Below are positions 37,930-50,474 of a DNA stretch of 64,000 nucleotides, piece by piece. The first letter of the stretch is position 1; the number at the start of each line of letters is the position of its first letter. The stretch is from contig JAWMAR010000558.1 in the NCBI GenBank assembly GCA_036785375.1, forward strand, positions 806,001 to 870,000, in the 5' to 3' direction. Origin of the DNA: Leucoraja ocellata. Its lineage: Eukaryota. Below the pieces are notes generated by a model. The model worked only from the letters and a program-made list of their open reading frames with translations, had not been told where the DNA came from and did no database searches. The translations under genes and the position numbers were made by a program.

Positions 37930-40640
37930 CCTGAAGGCTTTGTGTCTCAATGCAAGGAGCATTCGTAATAAGGTGGATGAGTTGAATGTGCTGATGGCTA
38001 TTAATGATTATGATATAGTTGGGATCACGGAGACATGGCTCCAGGGTGACCAAGGGTGGGAGCTGAACATCCAGGGATATTCAATATTCAGGAGGGATAG
38101 ACAGAAAGGAAAAGGAGGTCGTAGCGTTGCTGGTTAGAGAGGAGATTAACGAAATAGAAAGAAGGACATTAGCTTGGAGGATGTGGAATCGATATGGGTA
38201 GAGCTGCAAAACACTAAGGGGCAGAAAACGCTGGTGGGTGTTGTGTACAGGCCACCTAACAGTAGTAATGGAGTTGGGGATGACATCAAACAGGAAATTA
38301 GAAATGCGTGCAATAAAGGTAAAACAATTATAATGGGCGACTTCAATCTACATATAGATTGGGTGAATCAAATTAGCAAGGGTGCTGAGGAAGAGGATTT
38401 CTTGGAATGTATGCGGGATAGTTTTCTAAACCAACATGTAGAGGAACCAACGAGAGAGCAGGCTATTCTAGACTGGGTATTGAGAAATGAGGAAGGGTTA
38501 GTTAGCTGTCTTGTTGTGCATGGCCCCTTGGGCAAGAGTGACCATAATATGGTTGAGTTCTTCATTAGGATGGAGAGTGATATTGTTATTTCAGAAACAA
38601 GGGTCCTGAACTTAAAGAAAGGTAACTTTGAAGGTATGAGACGTGAATTGGCCAAGATAAACTTGCAATTAATTCTTAAAGGGTTGATGGTGGATATGCA
38701 ATGGAAGGCATTTAAAGACTGCATGGATGAGTTACGACAATTGTTCATCCCAGTTTGGCAAAAGAATAAATCAGGGAAGGTAGTGCATCCATGGATAACA
38801 AGTGAAATCAGGGATAGTATCAAAACAAAAGATGAAGCATACAAATTAGCCAGAAAAAGCAGCCTACCAGAGGACTGGGATAAATTCAGAGTCCAGCAGA
38901 GGAGGACAAATGGCTTAATTAGGAAAGGGAAAATAGATTATGAAAGAAAACTGGCAGGGAACATAAGAACTGACTGCAAAGGTTTTTATAGATATGTGAA
39001 GAGAAAACAATTAGTTAAAACAAATGTAGGTCCCTTACAGTCAGAAACAGGTGAATTGATCATGGGGAACAAGGACATGGCAGACCAATTGAATCATTAC
39101 TTTGGTTCTGTCTTCACTAAGGAAGACATAAATAATCTGCCGGAAATAGCAGGGGACCGGGGGTCAAATGAGATGGAGGAACTAAGTGAAATCCAGGTTA
39201 GCCGGGAAGTGGTGTTAGGTAAATTGAATGGATTAAAGGCCGATAAATCCCCAGGGCCAGATAGGCTGCATCCCAGAGTTCTTAAGGAAGTAGCCCCAAA
39301 AATAGTGGATGCATTAGTGATAATTTTTCAAAACTCTTTAGATTCTGGAGTAGTTCCTGAGGATTGGAGGGTAGCTAATGTAACCCCACTTTTTAAAAAG
39401 GAAGGGAGAGAGAAAACGGGGAATTACAGGCCAGTTAGTCTAAGGGCCAGGTAGTGGGGAAACTTCTAGAATCATTTATTAAAGATGGGACAGCAGCACA
39501 TTTGGAAAGTGGTGAAATCATTGGACAAAGTCAGCATGGATTTGTGAAAGGTAAATCATGTCTGATGAATCTGATAGAATTTTTCGAGGATGTAACTAGT
39601 AGTGTGGATAAGGGAGAACCAGTGGATGTGTTATATCTGGACTTTCAGAAGGCTTTCGACAAGGTCCCACATAAGAGATTAGTATACAAACTTAAAGCAC
39701 ACGGTATTGGGGGTTCAGTATTGATGTGGATAGAGAACTGGCTGGCAAACAGAAAGCAAAGAGTAGGAGTAAATGGGTCCTTTTCACAATGGCAGGCAGT
39801 GACTAGTGGGGTACCGCAAGGCTCAGTGCTGGGCACCCAGCTATTTACAATATATATTAATGATTTGGACGAGAGAATTGAATGCAACATCTCCAAGTTT
39901 GCGGATGACACGAAGCTGGGGGGCAGTGTTAGCTGTGAGGAGGATGCTAGGAGGCTGCAAGCTGACTTGGATAGGCTGGGTGAGTGGGCAGATGCAGTAT
40001 AATGTGGATAAATGTGAGGTTATCCACTTTGGTGCCAAAAACAGGAAAGTAGATGCAACGAGACCGGGGGGTCATGGTACACCAGTCATTGAAAGTAGGC
40101 ATGCAGGTGCAGCAGGCAGTGAAGAAAGCGAATGGTATGTTAGCATTCATAGCAAAAGGATTTGAGTATAGGAGCATGGAGGTTCTACTGCAGTTGTACA
40201 GGGTCTTGGTGAGACCACACCTGGAGTTTTGGTCTCCTAATCTGAGGAAAGACATTCTTGCCATAGAGGGAGTACAGAGAAGGTTCACCAGACTGATTCC
40301 TGGGATGTCAGGACTTTCATATGAAGACAGACTGGATAGACTGGGCTTGTACTCGCTAGAATTTAGAAGATTGAGGGGGGCTCTTATAGAAACTTACAAA
40401 ATTCTTTAGGGGTTGAAAAGGCTAGATGCAGGAAGATTGTTCCCGATGTTGGGGAAGTCCAGAATAAGGGGTCAAAGGTTAAGGATAAGGGGGAAATCTT
40501 TTAGGACCGAGATGAGGAAAACCTTTTTCACACAGAGAGTGGTGAATCTCTGGAATTCTCTGCCACAGAAGGTAGTTGAGGCCAGCTCTTTGGCTATATT
40601 TAAGAGGGAGTTAGATGTGGCCCTTGTGGCTAAAGGGATC
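37930..40640 (+). pseudogene. CR1 ORF2 (APE endonuclease + reverse transcriptase), frameshifted
   Basis: Consecutive ORFs at 37940, 38174, 39454, 40053 and 40413 join into APE-RT. Confidence 0.93.
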
Positions 40641-41034
40641 TTTGGATACGGCTTCTTGTCTGTCAGCGCCATTTCCGCACACGTATGGAGAGAAAGCAGG
40701 TACAGGTTACTAGCCATGATCATATTGAATTGCGGTGCAGGCTCGAAGGGCCGAATGGCCTACTCCTGCACCTATTTTCTGTGTTTCTATTTAACCTTTG
40801 GCCTTCATCAACTTGCTCCCTGATTTTCTATACTCCTCCCTGTGATTTAAAAAATCCCTAAGGCAGTGTAATATTCTGTTTCAGGATCTAGGTGGCGCTG
40901 GCAAGTCCAGATTTTATTGCCTGTTCCTATTTGCCCATCATAAGTGATGGCAATCCACAACCTTGAGTCGTGGCAATCCTTCTACTCCTTGAATTCTGTC
41001 AGGCTAGGACTTCCCAGTTAGATTTGGCAATGAC

Positions 41035-41882
41035 AATAGACAATAGGTGCAGGAGTAGGCCATTCGGCCCTTCGAACCAGCACCGCCATTCAATGTGATC
41101 ATGGCTGATCATCCCCAATCAGTACCCCGTTCCTGCCTTCTCCCCATATCCCATGACTCTCTATCTTTAAGCGTGTGCGGACGTGGCGCCGACAGACAAG
41201 AAGCCGTAGTCAAAGAACCGAATAGAAACGAGGCCACAAAGTCAATGAACCGAAAGGCTGCGTCGCCTAAAAGCAAACTTACCGAATGGCTGCTCAGTCG
41301 AAATGCCACCTACCCGAAAGGCGGCGGCGCCTACCGGCCAAAGGACCGACTGCCGCTCAACAGAAAAGTCCAATAACGGACTTTACATTGCTGGGAGGTG
41401 GGTCTTCGGACTCTTTCGGACCATTGGCGTTGCGGCCTCGTTTCTATTCGGTTCTTTGGCTTCGGCTTCTTTGCTTCGACCTCTTGTCTGTCGGCGCCGC
41501 GTCCGGGTACCATCTTTAAGAGCACTATCAAGCTCTCTCTTGAAAGTATCCAGAGAACCGGCCTCCATCGCCGTCTGAGGCAGAGAATTTCACAGACTCA
41601 CAACTCTCTGTGTGAAAAAGTGTTTGCTCATCTCCGTTCTAAATGGCTGATCCCTTACTCTTAAACTGTGGCCCCTGGTTCTGGACTCCCCCAACATCGG
41701 GAACATGTTCGCTGCCTCTGGCGTGTCCAAACCCTTAATAATTCTACATGTTTCAATAAGAACCCCTCTCATTCTTCTAAACTCCAGAGTATAAAAGCCC
41801 AGCCGCTCCATTCTCTCAGCATATGACAGTCCTGCCAACCCGGGAATTAACCTTGTAAACCTACGCTGCACTCCCTCAATTG
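41035..41882 (-). mobile_element. CR1 LINE 3' fragment, tail-to-tail with the full-length copy
   Basis: IEGVQRRFTRLIPG...HFFTQRVVSL; (gacaata)n tail as read on the + strand. Confidence 0.9.
41171..41511. mobile_element. Non-autonomous foldback-type DNA element with 8-bp TSD
   Basis: TSD atctttaa at 41163-41170 and 41512-41519; ~80-95-bp imperfect subterminal inverted repeats with recurring ccgaa words. Confidence 0.85.
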
Positions 41883-43869
41883 CATAGACAATAGAACAGT
41901 TCACTGCAGAAACAGCTTATTTGGCAATGTCCACGCCAAACATGATGGCAAGTTAAAATAATCTCCTCTGCCTGCACAATATCCATATCCTGCCATTCCC
42001 TGTGTATCCATGTGCCTATCTAAAGCCTCTTAATTCCATGTGTCATATCTGCCCACCACCACACCTGGAAGTGCATTCCAGGCACTCACCACTTTCTATG
42101 TGATAAAAAAAAAACCTCTTCTGCACATCCGCTTTCAACATTGCCACTCTCACCTTAAAGCTGTGCCCCCTAGTCTGTGACATTTACATCCTTGGAAAAC
42201 GGTTCTGACTGTTCACACCGTCTGTGCTCATAATTGTATCTACTGTGATCCGGGCTCCCCGCAACCTCAACCTGAAGAATGGATGGGACGTTTTGTAATT
42301 CTGCAGTTGGTAGTGTTCCTACGTGATTGTTACCCTCTCGGTAGCAAAGGTTACGTGTACCTCCAATTAATGCAGTGCGTTTGATGAGAGCAATGATGAG
42401 ACATGCACCACCAGTGGAACAGACCTGCACTAATGTACTGATGACGTAATTCCCAGGTGTATACTGAGAATCAGGGAAACTGAATGCACTAGTTTCAAAT
42501 TGTGATTATCATGGTCATGGGAATTTAATTAGCCATTCTTGAAGAGAAACAGTTAAAAGAGCAGAAAAACACCAAGTGATGGAGTAACTCAACAGATCAG
42601 GCAGCATCTCTGGAGAATATGGATCGGCGACCATTTGGATCGGGATTCTTCTGTCTTTGATCCAAAACGTCAACTATCCAAGTTTTCCAGAGATGCTGTC
42701 TGACCCGCTGAGTTACTCCAGGACTTGTACCTTTTGTGTAGACCAGCATCTGCAGTTCCTTGTTGCTGCAGTAAAAACAGCAGCATGGTTCACATACCCA
42801 CCAATTGCTGTGATCTCCATGTTACCATTTTCACTGTGATTTTGTTGTCAATTTCCTTGGCAGACATTCCCTTTGCTGTCAACAAAAGGTCAGAGAAACA
42901 TGATGAATTTCATAAACTAGAAATTACAAGCATCTAGTTTTCGGAATGATCCCAAACCATTTTCATCTCATTGAGTTTTCTGAGAGTCAAAATCCTCAAC
43001 CCTATTCAATGTAAATTGTTTAAGAACTTGCTAATGGTTCACTCTCATCCTCATTGATTGATCCATTCAGTTCCACTACATAAGCGTTTCAATCTTCTTC
43101 CTGCTGTGATGAGCTTGTCTTTAAAACCTTCAGCATTGATTTGACAATCTTCTGTTAAACCTTTTGAAACTGAGCTAATTTGAGGTTATTTAATGCTACA
43201 AATGAGTTCCCTGAGCATGGTTTATCTTGTTCATGGTGACTGATGGTGTCCTAATGCAGTAACAGAACATCAAACAGCTTTTATACAAAACATTAGGATG
43301 ATGTAGTGTGCCGTGAATGCTTATTTTTCAAAATCACAAATTTAGTTGCAGAAGTAAGCCATCAATAATAAATGAAGATGAGGATATTAAAGTATCAGAA
43401 TATGTATTTCAATAAATAACTGTTGGAAAAATAGGTTTTGCATGAGTATTTATCATAGAATTGCAGTGTGGTTGCATCGCAGGAGGAGCCTATTTGGCTC
43501 ATTACATTCACAACAGCTCTTCACTGGGACAATGCTCAAGTTCCACTAGACAGGTTTTTCTCTGGCCTTCTGTACCATATGGTAGCCAATTCACTCTTGA
43601 AGGCGACAATAAACTATGCTACTCCTGAAGGCAATGTGTTCCAGATTCAATCTTACACCTCTTAAAAACAATAAATACTTCTTATGGATCAATTTTTTTT
43701 TTAAAACATTCCCATTGCCAGGGTGATACTTACTGGTTCGTAGTTACTGGCTCCTCGCTCCCTTTTTTTAAAGCAAGAAAGTGACATTAGCCCTATGATG
43801 CTCATCAGATGATTATGGTCGGCTCCCCCATGATTTTCTCCCTCCTGAACTTCCTCAAAATCCCGTTTT

Positions 43870-44410
43870 GTTTAATTTAGTTTAGAGATACAGTGTGGAA
43901 ACAACTCCTTCAGCCCACCGAGTCCATGACAACCAATGATCCCCATACACTAGTTCTATCCTACACACTAGGGACAATTTACAGAAGCCACACCTGCACG
44001 TCTATACTGCTCTACTTTGACAAAAGGAAGCAACTGACAATTTTGTCAAATTTAAGTTATTGCTTGTTTTAGGGTATTTGAGATATGCTCCACACTATGG
44101 TGAACAAAATAAGTCCTTCTCTTAGTACAATTTGAAAATATTGATACCAGAGAAGTAAGAAATTCCATCACCGAGAGCTGAAAGAAAAACACATTTTCCT
44201 CATTTACAAGAAAACTCCTTTCTGTCAGTTGCTTCCTTTTGTCAAAGTACGGCAGTATAGAATGTGGCCCTGATGAGCACCTGAAGAAAGCCCACGCGGG
44301 TCACAGGGAGAATGTACAAAGTCCGTACAGACAGCTCCCATCGTTAGGATCGTACCTGGGTCTCTGGCACTGTAAGGCAGCAACTCTACTATTGTGGCAC
44401 TGTTCCATCC
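43870..44410 (-). mobile_element. V-SINE (HE1-like) in two pieces (~43870-44000 and ~44255-44410)
   Basis: Tail half and tRNA/V-domain half both match 16086-16340. Confidence 0.7.
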
Positions 44411-44984
44411 AGTCCTGGCGACATACTAGGACTCATTTCTCTCATTTGTTCTCATACATCCTTGCTATCACTTTTAACACATCTAGTGTCTCAATTATCA
44501 AGTGACCTCAGTATCCCCATAGAACATCTGATTTATGTCTCTCTGATGCACCTCTTTTCCATTTACCTCAACCATTTCCACAGAATGCTCTAGGATATCC
44601 GTTTATGTTGTCAGCTGATACTTTTATCATCCACTCTTTGCCCCTCATTTTAATTTTTGCTTCCCCTCTGATTCTTTTGTTTCTTGCTAGTACATACATT
44701 TGTCACTCACAGATTTTTTTAAAACTTTATCTTCATCCGACTGCATCTTATTATTCAGTATGCTATGGATTTGTTTATTCTTCCTTCGCCGCTCATGAGG
44801 ATGTGCTTTAACTAAATCTGAACTTTTGTTTCCTGAATTACAATTACAGTTACAGTTTTGTTTGTCAGCATTTGGCTCCAATTCACCTGGGTCTGTATTC
44901 CCTAGAGTTAGAAGAATGAGAAGTAAAATATACAAAAAATCTACGGGGCTTGGCAATATAGGCAAAGAGTTGGTGCTTTACCCA

Positions 44985-46130
44985 GTTTATAGAGGTTGGG
45001 ATATTATGATACAGTTGTATAAGACGGCGAAGCCACATTTGGAGTATAATGTTGTTTTGATCACCCTGCTATAGGAAATATGTTGTTAAGCTGGAGAGAG
45101 TACAGATATTAACGAGAATGTTGCCAGGACTTGAGGGCATTACCTATACGGAGAGGTTGAGCAGGCTAGGACTTTATTCCTTGGAGGGCAGGAGGACGAG
45201 GGATTCAGTTTAGTTTATTGTCACGTGTACCGAGGTATAATGAAAAGCTTTTTGTTGCGTGCTAACCAGTCAGCAAAAAGACAATACATGATTACAATCA
45301 ATCCATTTACAGTGTATAGATACATCTAAGGGAATAACGTTTAGTGCAATGTAAAGCCAGCAAAGTCCAGTCAAGGACAGTCCGAGGGGCATCAGAAGTA
45401 GATAGTTGTTCAGCACTGCTCTCTGGTTGTGGTTGGATGACTCAGTTGCCTGATAACAGCTGGGAAGAAACTGTCCCTGAATCTGGTGCTGTGTGTTTTC
45501 ACACTTCTATACCTTTTGTCTGATGGGAGAAGAGGTCAGTGATGAGAGGAAGTGGTCAGGGTGCGACTCATCCTTGTTTATACTGTTGGCCTTGCCGAGG
45601 CAGCGAAGTATAAATGGAGTCAATAGAAGGGATGTTGGTTTGTGTGATGACCTGGGCTGTGTCCACAATTCACTGTAATTTCGTAGTCCTGGATGGAGCT
45701 GTTCCCAAACCAGGCTGTGATGTATCCCCATACAATGGTTTCTATGTTGCATCTGTAGAAGTCGGTGAGAGTTGTTGCGATCTTATAGAGGTGTGTAAGA
45801 TCATGAATGAAATAGATAGGGTTGATTTGTGGTCTTTTACCCATAGTAGCGGAATGAAGAACCAGAGGGCATAGGCTTAAGGAGAGAGGGGAAATATTTA
45901 ATAGGGACTTGGGGGCTACATTTTCCACACAGAGGATGGTGGATATATGGAATGACCGCCAGAGGGGGTACTATAACAACATTTAAACAATATTTGGACA
46001 AGTACATAGAAAGGAAAGGTTTGTTGTGATATGAGCCAAACACAAGCAGGTGGAACTAGTGTGGATGACGCATCTTGGTTGGCATGGGCAAGTTGGGCCA
46101 AAGGGCCTGTTTCCATACTGTATGACTCTA
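44985..46130 (+). mobile_element. CR1 3' fragment containing a nested Rex1-like insertion
   Basis: WDIMIQLYKTAKPHLEY; host sequence resumes at ~45780 (gatcttatagaggtg). Confidence 0.8.
45204..45778 (-). mobile_element. Rex1/Babar-type LINE 3' fragment
   Basis: TLTDFYRCNIETIVWGYITAWFGN and ILRCLGKANSINKDESHP; Rex1-type tail. Confidence 0.8.
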
Positions 46131-46241
46131 ACCGAGTTACTATATCAAGATAAAACAAATATAAATTTATTTATCTAGAGGGTAATGCATCTTTGGAATT
46201 CATCATTCAGAAAGGGAGTGAGTAGGCCACCTTGCCCCTCA

Positions 46242-46901
46242 AGGGCCTATCCCACTTGGACGACCTAATCCATGAGTTTAGAAGACCCTAGACGAGTTGA
46301 AAAAATGTCAAGGTTGTGTTGACTCGCCGAAGTAAAAGACCTCCTAGACCATGTCTACGACCTCCTACAACCCCTCTCGACCTCAGTCTTCCACACCTAA
46401 GACCAACTACGACTTGCTACGAGTGGAAAATGATCACATGATAAAATTACGCCATGTTTGCTTTTTATTTTTGGGCAAGTTACCGACCTACGATTGCCTA
46501 CGACTACCCACGACTATCTACAACCTACCTACGACCTACCTATGAGTAAAATGTGTCGATTTTTCCATGCCAACCTTTTCTCTACTCGTGGACATTTTTG
46601 ATCAGGCTGGATAAAACACCACGACCTACATGAGGCAACGAGTACGCAGAGACCACTCATGAGCATGAGGAAGAGTAAAGGGCCTGTTCAACTTTCACGA
46701 CCTAATTCACGACCTTTTTTACTCGGGGGACATTTTTCATCAGGCTAGAAAAACGTCCTACTTGATGCCACAAGTACCTATGACTAGCATCACAACCTAC
46801 GTACGACCTCCTACGATCTCGTGACGACCATGCTGCGAGCATGAGTCATGGGCAAACTTGGCAGAGGTCGCCAATTAAGTTGTGAAAGTGGGACAGGGGC
46901 T
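46242..46901. mobile_element. Composite PIF/Harbinger-type MITE
   Basis: Ends agggcctatcccactt / aagtgggacaggggct; TCA on both flanks; second left end at 46679. Confidence 0.75.
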
Positions 46902-46904
46902 TCA

Positions 46905-47484
46905 GTCATGTCCCACCATTCAATTACATTGTCCTGATCTGTCTCGGGTTTTAACTCTTCTCCTGTCCAAGTTCCACACAGATCTTAATTCCCTGATCTT
47001 TCAAAAATTAATCTCAAGTCGTCTCTTTAAATACTTCTGATAATCTAACCCCCACAACACCTCGCAAGTTTCCAGAGAATTCCATAGATTCTGTGAAAAG
47101 TTCCAATGCGCTTCAGTTCTAAATAACTGTCCCTTTATCTGATAATTATGCCGTCATTCAAGACTCTCCCACCAACGGAAACAACTCAACGTCTGTCCTG
47201 TCACATCCTCTTAGGATCTTATGTTTCTGTAAAATCAACCCTTATTTTTCGAAACCTCAAAGAATATTGATAATTTGTAATAGGACCATCCTCTCATCCC
47301 AGGAATTAGCCAAGTAAAACACTTTTTGACTGCTTCCAATTGTAGTATATCCTTGATAAATAAGTGGACCAAGATTGCACATAAAATACCAGGTGCAGCC
47401 CCATAACAATTGTAATTATATTTAGTTATTTTTAAACTCCATTCCCCCAGCAATGGTGGCCAAAATGTAATGTCATCTTAATTA
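46905..47484 (-). mobile_element. Old CR1 fragment
   Basis: KDILQLEAVKKCFTWLIPGMRG. Confidence 0.65.
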
Positions 47485-48773
47485 ATGTTCAAGAAGGAAC
47501 TGCAGATGCTGGAAAATCGAAGGTAGACAAAATTGCTGGAGAAACTCCGCGGGTGAGGCAGCATCTATGGAGCGAAGGAAATAGGCAAAGTTTTGGGCCA
47601 AAACCCTTCCTCAGACTGATGCAGGGTGAGGGGCGCAGGAAGAAGAAAGGAAGAGGAGGAGCCCGAGGGCTGAGGGAGAGCTGAGAAGGGGAGGAGACAG
47701 CAAGGGCTACCGGAAATTGGAGAATTCAATGTTCATGCCACTAGGGTGCAGACTGCCCAAGCGGAATATGAGGTGCTGCTCCTCCAATTTCCGGCGGTGC
47801 TCACTCTGGCCGTGGAGGAGATCCAGGACAGAAAGGTCGGATTCGGAATGGCATGGGGAGTTGAAGTGCTGAGCCACCGGGAGATCAGGTTGGTTGATGC
47901 GGACCGAGCGGAGATGTTCGGCGAAACCATCACCAAGCCTGCGCTTGGTCTCACCGATGTAGATCAGCTGCCATCTAGAGCAGCGGATGCAATAGACGAG
48001 GTTGGAGGAGGTGCAGGTGAACCTCTGTCACACGTCGAACGACTGCTTGGGTCCTTGAATGGAGTCGAGGGGGGAGGTGAAGCGGCACGTGTAGCATCTC
48101 CTGCGGTTGCAAGGGAAAGTGCCCGGGGAGGGAGTGGTGCGGTTAGGAAGGGAAGAATTGACCAGGGAGTTACGGAGGGAGCGGTCTTTGCGGAAGGCAG
48201 ACGGGGGGAGATGGGAAGATGTGGCAAGTGGTGGGGTCACGTTGGAGATGGCAAAAATGACGGAGGACTATTTGTTGTATGTGACGGCTAGTGGGGTGAA
48301 AGGTGAGGACTAAGGGGACTCTGCCCTTGTTATGAGTGGGGGGATTGGGAGTGAGAGCAGTGTTGCGGGGTATTGAAGAGACCCTGGTGATAGTCCGTAG
48401 GGGAGGTGAACCCCCGTTCCCTGAAGAATGAGGGCATTTCTGATGCCCTGATGTGGAGCGCTTCATCCTGGGAGCAGATGCGGCGTAGACGGAAGAATTG
48501 GGAGTAGGGAATGGAGTCCTTACAGGAAGCTGGGTGGGAAGAAGTGTAGTCTAGACAGCCGTGGGAGTCAGTGGGTTTATAGTAGATGTCAGTCAAAAGA
48601 CCATCACCTGTGATAGAGATAGTGAGGTTAAGAAATGGTAGGGAAGTGTCGGAAATGGTCCAGGTGTATTTGAGTGCCGGATGGAAGTTAGTGGCGAAGT
48701 TGATGAAGTTAGTGAGATGTGTGTGGGTGCAGGAGGTAGCACCAATACAATTGTCGATGCAGCGGAGGTAGAG
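47485..48773 (-). mobile_element. Penelope-like element (RT C-terminus + GIY-YIG endonuclease + terminal repeat), 5'-truncated
   Basis: TDIYYKPTDSH, SIPYSQFFRLRRICS, PCNRRRCYTC, NLVYCIRC...YIGET; 13-bp TSD gtcatcttaatta at 47472-47484 and 48774-48786. Confidence 0.93.
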
Positions 48774-49151
48774 GTCATCTTAATTACTTGTTGGACATGC
48801 ATGCTATTTATATTTCAGGCTGCAAGGACATTGGTCCATATCTGTAATTTCAGTCATCTGTTTGAAGGAATGATGGACACAAATTTGGTCTTATTTTTCA
48901 AAAGGGTAATTATTAAATGAGAAAATTGGAAAGATTTACAAAAGGGCAGGGGAATGAAACTGGTTGGATAGCTTTTTCCACAAACAGATATTGTTTAAAG
49001 GTTTCCTGCATCGCAGCATTATTCTCTGATGTACTCTGAGGCATTTCAATGCACATGCATTTCCAATCTTTTTTCTATTACTTGTGTTCAGCAAGAAAAA
49101 AGTAAGAGATCCTTTAAGGCACAAAATTCATATTATCATTTATCTTTGTAG

Positions 49152-49272
49152 ACAGCGATAAGCCTCCAATGAAAAACCACCACGATTCACGATCACAGGC
49201 ACCTTGGGGCACCACACTGGACCCTTCCAGACCAAACAAGGATGGCATAGAAGATATCAACTCTCCAGAACA
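49152..49272 (+). CDS. GABBR2: GABA-B receptor subunit 2, exon 18 equivalent
   Basis: atctttgtag acceptor; (D)SDKPPMKNHHDSRSQAPWGTTLDPSRPNKDGIEDINSPE(H); gtaagt donor; 121 nt, phase 1/2 fits both neighbours. Confidence 0.95.
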
Positions 49273-50474
49273 GTAAGTAATGACACAAGAATATTCACAA
49301 AATTCAGATCCAACCTCAACCAATATTTCTGGAATTCTGGAGGCTAATATCAACACCGTCTCCTTGATAAAAAATTCCAACAATGTAAACTATTATTAAG
49401 TCAAGATTTTTTTAAGTTTCCTCAACTGCAAACACATTGTAATGTTGCAGTATGTAATTCACCAGTAAATCCATCTTTTATGGTATTGTGCTTTGACAGA
49501 AGCTGGAATACCTTGCCAAAGGATCCCTTTGATAATCAATTTTGCTATTGGTCTCTCCAAACCAGGATAAAATCAGAGGTTTATGTTAGGGTGCTGTGAT
49601 ATCATTATCATGGGAACTAACAGGCTCAAACTCAGAAATTGTTCCTTTTCTGCACCTTCTGAGAGATGACGTTCTGCGATGTGATAATGTTCAAATCTCC
49701 CATAGTCAACTTTATATTCTGTTGCAATGCAAAGGGATGATGACTAGTCTGAAGAAGGGCCTTGACCTGAACCATCGCCCATTCCTTTTCTCCAGAGATG
49801 CTGTGACACCCGCTGAGTTACTCCATCATTTTGTGTCTACCTTCGATTTGAATCTGCTGTTCTTTCTTACACATGACTATATGCTTGTTCTCAGCTTGAG
49901 ATTGTCCAGTATATTGCTGGTTCTGATGTTGCAGCTGCATTCATTTGAGGGATGACAGACCCTTTTACTGGACAACATAATGGTTTCCTTAATGAGAGTA
50001 GCATTCTGTCTGTTAGTAAAATGAGGAACACGATGTTCACCGTAACATTTGACAATTCTACCCATGGCCAAATGTTAGAAGACATAACATAGAGAAATTC
50101 ACTTTTTTTCACTGCACACATTCAGAATCAAATGCATCCTGATATTTTATTTTCCTATTTGCCCTTTATTCTTCTTGGGAAATTAAATTTCAGAGAATAT
50201 TTTGACAGAATTGTTGCCAATGTATTCAGGCTCTTTACACCACCCATTGCTACTTAAGTGGTTTGGCCTTAGACAAGTAAAAATAATCCAAAATAGACAC
50301 AAAATGCTGGAATAAAATAAAATGCTGGGACATGCAGCATTTCTGGAGAGGATTGGGTGATGTTTTGGATCAAGACCCTTCTTCAGTCTGAAGTTGGTGT
50401 AAACCCGAATCTGCAGTTCCTTCCTACACTTAAGATAATCCAATTTAGTTTCATAGAAATCTGCAGTTCTCTTA

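Larger units (their letters stand above)
36520..40792 (+). mobile_element. Near full-length CR1 LINE (5'UTR, ORF1, ORF2, 3' tail), inactivated
   Basis: ORF1: CxxC..CxxC, leucine heptads and SGNH esterase motifs (GDSIVRG, HVDTND, DGLHLN). ORF2: APE (LNARSI, GITETW, GDFN, SDH) and RT (FADD). Several frameshifts and deletions; 5' boundary approximate. Confidence 0.95.
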
